Shown in pieces: positions 36,938-44,957 of a stretch of DNA of 44,983 nt (position 1 is the first letter of the stretch; every line of letters starts with the position of its first letter). The DNA lies in the sequence record PP920551.1; one strand, given 5' to 3'. The notes under the pieces were generated by a model, which worked only from the letters and a program-made list of their open reading frames with translations, was not told the origin of the DNA and made no database searches. This DNA is from Escherichia phage KS_S9. Position numbers and translations under genes: made by a program.

Positions 36938-36967
36938 ATGATAGATTGGTTGCAGGATGGGTGTCAA
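36938..36967 (-). promoter_or_regulatory. Strong sigma70-like early promoter (leftward)
   Basis: Minus strand TTGACA-N18-TATCAT with GCAACCAAT motif in the spacer; ~190 nt leader to ATG 36741. Confidence 0.5.
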
Positions 36968-36978
36968 CAACTAATTTC

Positions 36979-37012
36979 AAAAAAAAAGCGCCGAGGCAAA
37001 ATGCGACGGCGC
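36979..37012 (-). terminator. Putative orphan terminator-like hairpin (minus strand) in divergent control region
   Basis: GCGCCG...CGGCGC stem with 13-nt loop, followed on the minus strand by nine T; no obvious upstream minus-strand gene. Confidence 0.35.
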
Positions 37013-37143
37013 TAACCAATAAGAGACAATGAGACGGGAATTATTATTACACGCGTGCGCACCCGTTTCAATATCCAAAGGATTTGACACCGTGCAGTTT
37101 TGGGTGTAGTTTCGTTGGTCATTAACCAACTGAGGGCAGAGCA

Positions 37144-37473
37144 ATGAATGTAAACGACGCAATCGAAATGTTAACGAAGACTGTTTGCAGTGAGACAAGC
37201 CGGTCATGGGCATACACCGATGCCGTGGGGGCTGTGTTATTTGAAATCGAACGACTGCGGCTTACCGAAAAAGAATTGCGCGCCCGGCTGGAATTACTCA
37301 ACGGTACGGCGGCCAGCAAGCTGCAAAAGCACAATGAAGAAATGGAAGAATACAAAAAGCAGGTTATCCGTTTGCGCGACGAAGGGAAATCATGGGCGAT
37401 GATTGCAGAGCTAACCGGAATTAATCAGAGCACCGTGCGATCCTGGGTACGCAATAATAAAACCTCTAAGTAA
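37144..37473 (+). CDS. HTH DNA-binding protein (putative transcriptional regulator)
   Basis: 109 aa, GAGGG RBS; C-terminal helix-turn-helix-like segment SWAMIAELTGINQSTVRSWVRN; first gene of rightward unit. Confidence 0.55.
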   Translation: MNVNDAIEMLTKTVCSETSRSWAYTDAVGAVLFEIERLRLTEKELRARLELLNGTAASKLQKHNEEMEEYKKQVIRLRDEGKSWAMIAELTGINQSTVRSWVRNNKTSK

Positions 37474-37483
37474 GGCAACGGCA

Positions 37484-39748
37484 ATGAGCTTAATTAAATT
37501 CGCAGTAACACGACCCGCTAAAAAAGGCGAAAAAGCCAGGGCGGAAAACTACCAGATGACAACCGATGAGTTTTTCGAATTTATCAATGACGCGAAAGAA
37601 ATTTCCTCGGTGCATATCAACAAGACGGAAGATAAAGCCGAGTATGCGCGCCGCAAGCGTAAGGCCGATGGCATCGTGGCTTATACCAGTGATGGGCTGC
37701 GCCGCAAGACCAGTGCCGTGGACCGCTCGATCCTGTTCTTCGATATTGACCGCACCGACACCCGCACCCTGCGCCGCTGCCGTAAGGCGTTCATCGACGC
37801 GGGTCTGGAACACGTATTTCACACCACCACCGGCGACCGCCACCCGCTGAAGGGCGGCACGCGTTGCGCCCGTTTCCTGGTGCTCACTGACAAGCCTGTA
37901 CCGGCTGAAGACCTGGGCCGCGTCCAGTATGCACTATTACACCAACTGGGCCTGTCAGATGTGGACTTCGACGACTGTACAAAAGACACAAACCGCCTTA
38001 TGTACCTGCCACACCAACAGTCTGTTATCAAATGCCATTACGGAAAGCGCGCCCGTGTCCGTCGTCTGCTTCGCCTGGCCGATAAGCTGGGAATGGAAAA
38101 AGAGGAAGTACGCCGCGAACTAACCCAGGGCGATGACGGCGTGGCGGACGGTATTCTGGATTGGTGCTTCCAGGCGGGATTCGAACCGCTGTCGTCCGGT
38201 CGTGGTTATGAAGTGCCGTGCCCAAACGAACACCTGCATAGCGGCGAAGGGTCCACCGCTATCATGGTTAAGGATGGCGAGATCCGTTTCAAGTGTATGC
38301 ACACCGGCAACGAGTGTTGCTCGGAACTGAACAGACACCAGCACCTGGCGCTACGTCTTATCGGGATCCCGGACCACCTGAACGTCGAACCGCACAACAT
38401 GTCACGTAAGCAAATCGCCGCCATCCTCCCAGGACTGGACGACGAGGAAGTGGAATCGTGCTATGCGCATATCGTTGATGCGGTCGGAGACGGCGACGAG
38501 TACGGCGGATGTACGGACGCAGACCTGGACAACGAGCCGGTTGCACTGTTCAGCAAGCACGACCCGATCATCGAGGGGTTGATTAACTTTAAATCGACCT
38601 GGTATCTTGCCGGTGAGTCGAACATCGGTAAGTCGTTCTATGTGCTGGGCCAGATGGCGTCCGTATCTGCCGGTATCCCGTTTGGCGGTGCGAAGGTCGT
38701 CCAGTGCCATAACTTCTATTTCGACGCGGAAGGTGGTGAAGCCTCCAACCAGCGTAAGGAAGCATTGCAGATCAAATATGAGCACGACCTGGACAAGCTG
38801 CACATTATAGACCTGCAATCTCGCGGCTGGGATATCACCAGCAAATCAGGACTGCGTGAAGTTATCAGCTTTATCAATCGCACCGCTAACGGCGAACCGG
38901 TTGGCCTGGTGGCGTTCGACTCACTCAACCAGACTGTTGCGTTGCGGTCCGCCGATGCCAAACCGTTCGACGAGAACAACGCCAGCGATATGGGCGAAGT
39001 TGTCAAGGCGCTGAAGGCCATTGCGGAAAATACAGGCGGCAGTGCGGGCATCATCCACCACCCGGCGAAGGGTGCAAACGGCAGCAGAACGCCACGCGGA
39101 TCTGGCGCGCTTCATGGTGCTGTCGATTCTGCGTTCTTCCTGGAACAGCCGGACGACAACCAGCCAGGCCAATTGAACTTGTATCACGAAAAGGCACGTA
39201 ACGGCATCAAGCAAGCGCCACGAGGCTTCGTCCTGCTCAAGTGCAAGGTTAAGGTGGATCTCCGCAAGTCCGAAGCGTTCGAAGCCCACCAGTCCACCAG
39301 CACCGGGCCTGACTTCGGCGACGTGGTTGCCGGTTGGGACGTCAAGCCGATCGCATCCACGCCACGCGACGAGACTCTCTACCTCGTACCGGTCGCCCTG
39401 GCACCATTCGCCATCGAACAGGCAAAGGCCACTGGCAAAGCAGCAGTTAAGGAAGAGAACGCCGCAGGACCGCGCAACGAAAAAGAGAAAGTGCTTTATG
39501 CGGCACTGGAAAAACTGATGGAAGATAACCCGGACCATACCGGATTCAGTAAATCGGCAATTGTCCGCCAGGCTGGACTTGCGAAAGGTGGCACATCGAC
39601 GAAGGCAATAGACGATATGGTGGAGCGCGGCGTGCTCGGTTTTTATACAGATCCGCACACCGGGGCCATCTATGGGTCGTCGAATATCGTCATCAAAACG
39701 AATATACCCATCACGCTTTCGGCGACCGACGATGACCTGAAAGATTAA
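37484..39748 (+). CDS. Primase-helicase-like replication protein (P-loop NTPase C-terminal domain)
   Basis: 754 aa; Walker A GESNIGKS and Walker B-like GLVAFDSLNQ in C-terminal half; N-terminal half has acidic DxD-containing segments (FFDIDRTD) as in primase domains. Confidence 0.6.
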   Translation: MSLIKFAVTRPAKKGEKARAENYQMTTDEFFEFINDAKEISSVHINKTEDKAEYARRKRKADGIVAYTSDGLRRKTSAVDRSILFFDIDRTDTRTLRRCRKAFIDAGLEHVFHTTTGDRHPLKGGTRCARFLVLTDKPVPAEDLGRVQYALLHQLGLSDVDFDDCTKDTNRLMYLPHQQSVIKCHYGKRARVRRLLRLADKLGMEKEEVRRELTQGDDGVADGILDWCFQAGFEPLSSGRGYEVPCPNEHLHSGEGSTAIMVKDGEIRFKCMHTGNECCSELNRHQHLALRLIGIPDHLNVEPHNMSRKQIAAILPGLDDEEVESCYAHIVDAVGDGDEYGGCTDADLDNEPVALFSKHDPIIEGLINFKSTWYLAGESNIGKSFYVLGQMASVSAGIPFGGAKVVQCHNFYFDAEGGEASNQRKEALQIKYEHDLDKLHIIDLQSRGWDITSKSGLREVISFINRTANGEPVGLVAFDSLNQTVALRSADAKPFDENNASDMGEVVKALKAIAENTGGSAGIIHHPAKGANGSRTPRGSGALHGAVDSAFFLEQPDDNQPGQLNLYHEKARNGIKQAPRGFVLLKCKVKVDLRKSEAFEAHQSTSTGPDFGDVVAGWDVKPIASTPRDETLYLVPVALAPFAIEQAKATGKAAVKEENAAGPRNEKEKVLYAALEKLMEDNPDHTGFSKSAIVRQAGLAKGGTSTKAIDDMVERGVLGFYTDPHTGAIYGSSNIVIKTNIPITLSATDDDLKD

Positions 39749-39861
39749 ATCCTGCGCGCATTGGTTGCCGATATGGGGATTACCATATCGCTAAAAGGTT
39801 AAATTTTGCGCGCATTGGTTGCCATTTTGAGTGTTTTTATCAGGTAGTATTGGTTGCCGTG
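39745..39861. repeat. Three direct repeats carrying TTGGTTGCC immediately downstream of primase-helicase gene
   Basis: TTAAATCCTGCGCGCATTGGTTGCCGAT at 39745, TTAAATTTTGCGCGCATTGGTTGCCATT at 39799, GTATTGGTTGCCGTG at 39847. Confidence 0.75.
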
Positions 39862-39894
39862 TATTGTGAATATAGTGAATAGTTATGCAGTTTT

Positions 39895-40065
39895 GGTGCA
39901 TAAAGTAAGCGGGACAGAAAGCGGGACAAACAAGGGGCGGGACAAAGCGGGACAGCACCCCCGTCCCGCCCCGGATGGCGCGGCCTGGAGAGGAGCGGGA
40001 CAGGCGGGACAACCCCCAGTCTTTCAGACTAGACGGGGGTCAGCGGCCCCCCTCGTCTGAGACTG
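39895..40065. repeat. Second copy of GGGACA-iteron plus hairpin element
   Basis: GCGGGACA x6 followed by hairpin CAGTCTTTCAGACTAGACGGGGGTCAGCGGCCCCCCTCGTCTGAGACTG; near-identical to 11572-11741 (loop differs TCAATGG vs TCAGCGG). Confidence 0.8.
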
Positions 40066-40282
40066 AATAAAATCCGGGGATTGCAAAATACACGGCAGCA
40101 CGATGCGAAGTGCTGGCGAGGATGAACTAGGCAACCAATACGAGTTGCATTATGCTGAGTGAAAAATGCAGTTTGCAGTCACAGCAGATAGCGATCAACT
40201 TTTTCATGCGCGTGATTAATATTGGTTGCATTCGGCCTGGCACCCGGCTATATTGGTCGCACACCAACATGAGGACTGATCG

Positions 40283-40588
40283 ATGAGAGCACTAATCTGG
40301 AATTACTCACTGGCCCTGGCAAAGCTGAACGAAGCGAAAGCGCTAAACGGCAACGTAGACCGTGCGCGCCAGTTTGCGACACTGGCATACCAGTCAATCA
40401 TGTGTGCGCTAGACGATATGGACGCCGGCATGGATGACCTGGGTCCGCTGCGTAAGGCAATCCATGAATACGCGCTGGCATTCTCCCGTGAGCGCCTGGC
40501 TTATCGCTTCGGTATTGGCGAGAAGGCAGTGACAAACGTCGCCAGGATTAAAGCCCAGCGTGAGCTATTCGCCCAGCTTGCGAAATAA
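40283..40588 (+). CDS. Hypothetical protein
   Basis: 101 aa, GAGGAC RBS, first ORF after the repeat-rich region. Confidence 0.5.
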   Translation: MRALIWNYSLALAKLNEAKALNGNVDRARQFATLAYQSIMCALDDMDAGMDDLGPLRKAIHEYALAFSRERLAYRFGIGEKAVTNVARIKAQRELFAQLAK

Positions 40589-40597
40589 GGGGCCAAA

Positions 40598-40873
40598 ATG
40601 GGACGTAGACGAGCAAAACAGCTTTCGTGGCATATTCCCCTGCATTGCATACGAATATGGGCGGAGAATGCAGTTGAGGGAGAATCGGTATTCTGGTGCT
40701 ATCGCGACGACGTAAAGCCGTTGACGCAGACTCGCTACTTGCACCAGTTCGCAGCACAACATGATTTCAGGGTGCGGACTTCCTTGCAACCAATGGGGAT
40801 TCGTATTACATTACGCCGGAAGCCAGCCGTTGAGCGGGTAGGCAAACACTGGAGACTGCGCAAATGTTCTTAG
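40598..40873 (+). CDS. Hypothetical protein
   Basis: 91 aa, AAGGGG RBS. Confidence 0.45.
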   Translation: MGRRRAKQLSWHIPLHCIRIWAENAVEGESVFWCYRDDVKPLTQTRYLHQFAAQHDFRVRTSLQPMGIRITLRRKPAVERVGKHWRLRKCS

Positions 40874-40994
40874 ACGGAATATCGCAGGCGTTTATCGACC
40901 TGCATATGTGCGTACTTGACTACGAACAAAACGGCATCGCTACGGTATGCGATGGTGACACAAAATCAATTGACGAGATTGAGGAGACTGAGCA

Positions 40995-41567
40995 ATGAAA
41001 TTACTATTCCGCCGTAAGCGCGATGGCTACATCATGAAGCCGATCCAGACCATGGCTAAATACGTGCGATTGCGCCACGTTCACAGCGGCATTGAGTGTA
41101 TGACGACTAAGGCAAATCTGCCGGAGGGGTACGACGTACTCACACATGATATTGAGCGCGGCGATGTTCTGCGTGACATTCGCGACGGGCAGCTATGGAT
41201 CGTGGAACGCACCTACCGGAACGGCCTGCGTATGCAGACCCGCAAGGGCGGCGTAGTGGGTAACGTTCAGAGGGGTATGACTTACTTCGGGCTGGTCAAC
41301 TACGAGCGCGTGGGGCGCAAGTATAGCCTCCGCAAACGCCAGCCACATGAGCGCGTGGAGTTCCGCAAGTCGCAGCCAGCCTATGCCACCTACGACGTGA
41401 GCAAAGTTATGGACCCGATCCGCCAGGCGACGCATGAGATTATTAATCGCTTCGATGCCGTGACGAACGCACAGCGCCATGCGCAGGAATACGGTGTGGG
41501 ATTCATCCGGGTCGAACCCAACGGCAGCATGAAGGCCATCGACCCGCGCTCGGTGATTCTGAAATGA
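40995..41567 (+). CDS. Hypothetical protein
   Basis: 190 aa, GAGGAG RBS. Confidence 0.5.
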   Translation: MKLLFRRKRDGYIMKPIQTMAKYVRLRHVHSGIECMTTKANLPEGYDVLTHDIERGDVLRDIRDGQLWIVERTYRNGLRMQTRKGGVVGNVQRGMTYFGLVNYERVGRKYSLRKRQPHERVEFRKSQPAYATYDVSKVMDPIRQATHEIINRFDAVTNAQRHAQEYGVGFIRVEPNGSMKAIDPRSVILK

Positions 41568-41786
41568 GTGCGTCTATCCGTGATATGCTCATGCACAACC
41601 GCTTTGAGATAGGCGGTCGGGTGTTTCGCAATTACTTCGTGGCGCGTGCATGGGCGCGCCATATTGGCAAACCGGAAGGGGCAATTCGATGCTATACGTC
41701 TTCGCGGTAGTATGTGGCGGTAGTCTGGCGGCCCTGGTGCTGTTGGCGTCGGTTATTAGTCTGGTTAAATACCTATGGAGCAGATT

Positions 41787-42074
41787 ATGATTCATGATGT
41801 GATTTATTGGTTTGGTATGGCCAGCATGTTATGCCTGGTTACGGGAGTGCTGGGCGCAATATGGGTATTCTTGGTATGGCCCGCCGTGGAAGCTGCCAGC
41901 ATTACCCGGATGACGTTCCAGATATACAAGCGCCGTGGAATCACGGAGCACCCGACCAGGTTGCGCATGTGGTGGCTGTGGTATCGCGATATGATCGGCG
42001 GGCGAATGTTCGAGGCCGTCCGATCGGAAGGGTGGGAGTGGAAAGGCGTCGGCAAGTGGTCCATTTTCGATTAA
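41787..42074 (+). CDS. Membrane protein (hypothetical)
   Basis: 95 aa from ATG 41787; TM segment WFGMASMLCLVTGVLGAIWVFLVW; followed by terminator hairpin. Confidence 0.4.
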   Translation: MIHDVIYWFGMASMLCLVTGVLGAIWVFLVWPAVEAASITRMTFQIYKRRGITEHPTRLRMWWLWYRDMIGGRMFEAVRSEGWEWKGVGKWSIFD

Positions 42075-42092
42075 TTATGCAAGCGTGATATA

Positions 42093-42126
42093 GTCCCAGT
42101 GAGCTAAAACTTACTGGGACTTTTTT
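42093..42126 (+). terminator. Hairpin with T-run before the holin gene
   Basis: GTCCCAGT-N12-ACTGGGAC followed by TTTTTT, ending at the holin ATG. Confidence 0.4.
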
Positions 42127-42417
42127 ATGGATAAGCTAAACGAGTGGTTATTTGCCCTCGCATGTCTGGCAGGCGGCTTCGTAGGCGCACGCATTCACGG
42201 CGAGGCTACGAAAGGGCCGCTAAACTTCGTGTTATATATCGTAGTTGGCTTCCTGTGTGCCATCTTTGGTGCGCCAGCTATCGCCGAGTGGGCTGGCTTA
42301 TCTGGCGAGCGCACTGTCGCCGGTTTGGGCTTCGTAACTGCAATCTTCTGGATGACAATAGCAGCCCGGATCAGGGAGACTATTGAGTCGTTCCGACTTC
42401 CGGGGGGCGCAAAATGA
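42127..42417 (+). CDS. Putative holin
   Basis: 96 aa with 2-3 predicted TM segments, charged C-terminus; directly upstream of endolysin. Confidence 0.5.
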   Translation: MDKLNEWLFALACLAGGFVGARIHGEATKGPLNFVLYIVVGFLCAIFGAPAIAEWAGLSGERTVAGLGFVTAIFWMTIAARIRETIESFRLPGGAK

Positions 42418-42659
42418 TTATCTCCGTCCTGTTGTTTGTTATCATAGGGGCTTCGTCCCTGTTTAATGTGTATGCGCCGTCCGTCCAGGATGGCATTTTA
42501 GGCCGGGTGTTATATCTGCTAACGGCGATGATCTGCGTTATCGGATTGTTGCAAACGGGAGACGTATCAGACACCACCTGGACCGCGTTAATCTGGCTGT
42601 TTGCATTGCGCACACTGCGTAATGCTGTTTTGAATGGGGTAAAACATGCGATTCAGTGA
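42414..42659 (+). CDS. Putative holin or antiholin (second membrane protein)
   Basis: 81 aa, GGGGGG RBS, 2 hydrophobic segments; ATGA overlap with preceding gene, overlaps endolysin start. Confidence 0.5.
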   Translation: MIISVLLFVIIGASSLFNVYAPSVQDGILGRVLYLLTAMICVIGLLQTGDVSDTTWTALIWLFALRTLRNAVLNGVKHAIQ

Positions 42660-43137
42660 CAACGGTCTAAGATTTACGGCAGCATGGGAGGCTTTCAGCC
42701 CGGTGCCGTATTTCGCGACCAAGAAAGAGCAGGCCCGCGGCCTGTACACTTGGGGTTATGGTCATACCGGCACTAATCCGCCTCGAAGCATTACCCGCGA
42801 GGAAGCGCTGGCACTGCTCAAGCGCGATGTGGCGTATGCTGAGGACTGGGTGAACAAATACGCACATCCGAGCATTAACCAGGCGCAATTCGACGCGCTG
42901 GTGGACCTGGTAATCAACGCCGGTCCGGGTCCGATCGTACCGGATGACGTCGCGAATGATTTCGATGATGCGGTCCGCCTGGGCGACTGGGCGAAGGTAC
43001 GTGCTACTCTGCCGCAGTTCCGCAAGCAAGGTGGCGAAGTGCTTAAGGGTCTGGTGCGCCGTGCAATCGGCAGACAGGCGTTGTTTGATGGTAAGCAGTG
43101 GGACGTTGCCGAGAAAATCGGTCGTAACGCTGCATAA
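42646..43137 (+). CDS. Endolysin (T4-lysozyme-like muramidase, GH24-like)
   Basis: 163 aa; pattern LYTWGYGHTG...QFDALVDLVINAGPG resembles phage lysozyme family. Confidence 0.8.
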   Translation: MRFSDNGLRFTAAWEAFSPVPYFATKKEQARGLYTWGYGHTGTNPPRSITREEALALLKRDVAYAEDWVNKYAHPSINQAQFDALVDLVINAGPGPIVPDDVANDFDDAVRLGDWAKVRATLPQFRKQGGEVLKGLVRRAIGRQALFDGKQWDVAEKIGRNAA

Positions 43138-43153
43138 TACGAGGTGACACGAT

Positions 43154-43321
43154 ATGTTAAAAAGTATTCTTGATCATAATGCGGACGCGCTTGCCGCACT
43201 GGCTAAAACCGAAGACCCAGGCGCACGCGCTATCATCGCGGACTCTATCAACCACGCCGGGGTCTTCGATGCGAAGCTGCCAAGCCCACCACCGCAGGAG
43301 GAATCTGGCCCCGCAGCGTAA
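43154..43321 (+). CDS. Small hypothetical protein (55 aa)
   Basis: GAGGTGA RBS, ATG 43154; followed by terminator; not in ORF track (<60 aa). Confidence 0.35.
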   Translation: MLKSILDHNADALAALAKTEDPGARAIIADSINHAGVFDAKLPSPPPQEESGPAA

Positions 43322-43327
43322 ACAATT

Positions 43328-43352
43328 AAGCCCGGAATTAACCGGGCTTTTT
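43328..43352 (+). terminator. Intrinsic terminator
   Basis: AGCCCGG-aattaa-CCGGGCT followed by TTTT. Confidence 0.55.
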
Positions 43353-43416
43353 ATTGCTTGACTCGCAACCAACACAGGGGCCATACTGCAACCAATCAAC
43401 TGGAGGAGTAATCAAG

Positions 43417-43497
43417 ATGGCACGTAAAGATATTTGGGTATTAGCGATCTGGACCACCGCGGCTTTTATCGGCATGGTTATTTGCGAATTGATATAG
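43417..43497 (+). CDS. Putative 26-aa hydrophobic peptide
   Basis: MARKDIWVLAIWTTAAFIGMVICELI with GGAGGAG RBS 7 nt upstream; promoter-like TTGACT and GCAACCAAT motifs upstream. Confidence 0.3.
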   Translation: MARKDIWVLAIWTTAAFIGMVICELI

Positions 43498-43558
43498 CCC
43501 GCCGCCATACGGACCGTGGTATATTGTTTTCGGTCCCATAATCAGGAAGTGGATTAAT

Positions 43559-44701
43559 ATGCACCCGCAAACTAAAATCACCGACGAGCAATTGATTGCC
43601 GAGTTGCAATCCGGCACTACCGCGAAAGAGATTGCGAAGAAGTACGGCCTTTCCCTACGAAATGTCTACATGCGCAAAGCCCGCCTGTCGAAGAAAGGTA
43701 TTGGTCACGGTAACGATGCCGTAATCCGTAAGCGCGTTGCCGATGGCTTCGGCGTTAAGCGCGTATCCGCCCTGGTGCGCGGCAATGGCGAAGAGGTCAT
43801 GTCGTGGGTTATCACAGAGCAGGACAAGGAGCGCCAGCTTGAAGCAATGCGAGCCGTTGTCGAGGGTATGAACAGCGAAATCACACCGGCAGCACCAGTA
43901 AGCGCCCCACCAGTCCCGATCCAGGCACTTGACCTACTCAACCTGTACACCGTGTCAGACTTCCACCTGGGCATGTTGGCATGGGGCGAGGAGACTGGCG
44001 AAGACTGGGATATGGCGATCGCCGAAGACCTGTTCTACCGCTGGTTTGTCGAAGCCTTCGCACGCGCACCGGACGCAGGCACTGCCGTAATTAATATTCT
44101 CGGTGATATGGCGCACTTTGATAGCCTCGATGCCGTCACCCCAGCCAGCGGGCACGTACTGGACGCGGATACTCGCTACCAGAAGCTGGTCCGCTACATG
44201 ATTCGCATGGTGCGCAACGTGGTGGAACTGGCGCTGCAAAAACACCACAAAGTCAAACTGCTAATCGTCCAGGGGAATCATGACGAGTCTGGTATGATTT
44301 GGCTGGCTGAAATGTTCAATACGCTGTACGAGAACGAGCCACGCGTCGATGTGGATACGTCCCCGGACGTGTACAAAATGGTGCAACACGGTAAAACCAC
44401 GCTGTTCTTCCACCACGGGCACAAAGCACGTTTTGACGCTATTGAAACCGTCATGATTTCCAAATTCAGACAGGCTTTCGGGTCCAGCGAGTACAGCTAC
44501 GCACACGTAGGCCACTTGCACCACCAGAAGATTGTAGAATCCCGCAACATGATTGTTGAACAGCACAGGACCCTAGCCGCGAAGGACGCATATGCCAGTC
44601 GTGGCGGTTGGATGTCCGGTCGCAGTGCCAACGTAATCACCTACAGCGCCAACTACGGCGAAGTAGCGCGCTTAACCATTAGCCCGGAAATGTTGAAATG
44701 A
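43559..44701 (+). CDS. Calcineurin-like metallophosphoesterase (Mre11/SbcD-like or Ser/Thr phosphatase-like) with N-terminal HTH
   Basis: 380 aa; motifs SDFHLG, GDMAH, VQGNHDE, HHGHK, GHLHH typical of metallophosphoesterase fold; N-terminal TAKEIAKKYGLSLRNVYMR HTH-like. Confidence 0.65.
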   Translation: MHPQTKITDEQLIAELQSGTTAKEIAKKYGLSLRNVYMRKARLSKKGIGHGNDAVIRKRVADGFGVKRVSALVRGNGEEVMSWVITEQDKERQLEAMRAVVEGMNSEITPAAPVSAPPVPIQALDLLNLYTVSDFHLGMLAWGEETGEDWDMAIAEDLFYRWFVEAFARAPDAGTAVINILGDMAHFDSLDAVTPASGHVLDADTRYQKLVRYMIRMVRNVVELALQKHHKVKLLIVQGNHDESGMIWLAEMFNTLYENEPRVDVDTSPDVYKMVQHGKTTLFFHHGHKARFDAIETVMISKFRQAFGSSEYSYAHVGHLHHQKIVESRNMIVEQHRTLAAKDAYASRGGWMSGRSANVITYSANYGEVARLTISPEMLK

Positions 44702-44910
44702 TCAGACAAGTATTCATGAGCACGCAGGCGGACCGCCTGAAGGAACTACGCAAGCAACTCGAAGGCTTACGCCGATTCGAGCGAACGTCAGCGGCAATCG
44801 GCATGTCTATCAGTGAGCGGATCGAGATACTATCGCAAATACGCTACACAGAAGGCGCTATAAGCGAAGTAGAAAGCATGTTAACCCGATACTACGGTCG
44901 CGCCGTTTAA
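44698..44910 (+). CDS. Hypothetical protein
   Basis: 70 aa, ATGA-coupled to upstream gene; followed by terminator. Confidence 0.45.
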   Translation: MIRQVFMSTQADRLKELRKQLEGLRRFERTSAAIGMSISERIEILSQIRYTEGAISEVESMLTRYYGRAV

Positions 44911-44917
44911 CCCTCCT

Positions 44918-44944
44918 AGCCCGCCGATTTGGTGGGCTTTTTTG
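44918..44944 (+). terminator. Intrinsic terminator
   Basis: AGCCCGCC-gattt-GGTGGGCT followed by TTTTTT. Confidence 0.55.
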
Positions 44945-44948
44945 TGCC

Positions 44949-44957
44949 TGTTATAAT
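44949..44957 (+). promoter_or_regulatory. Possible extended -10 promoter element upstream of terminase genes
   Basis: TGTTATAAT (TGnTATAAT) right after the terminator and ~70 bp upstream (across the window junction) of the TerS start. Confidence 0.25.

Noticed and set aside
37082-37112. Promoter for HTH gene (TTGACA-N17-TAGTTT)
   Set aside because: Perfect -35 but poor -10; kept only as a possibility, not annotated as a feature.
38921-39658. 245-aa minus-strand ORF
   Set aside because: Antisense to the primase-helicase gene, which has Walker motifs.
39854-40060. 68-aa ORF
   Set aside because: Lies across the second iteron/hairpin copy; same reasoning as above.
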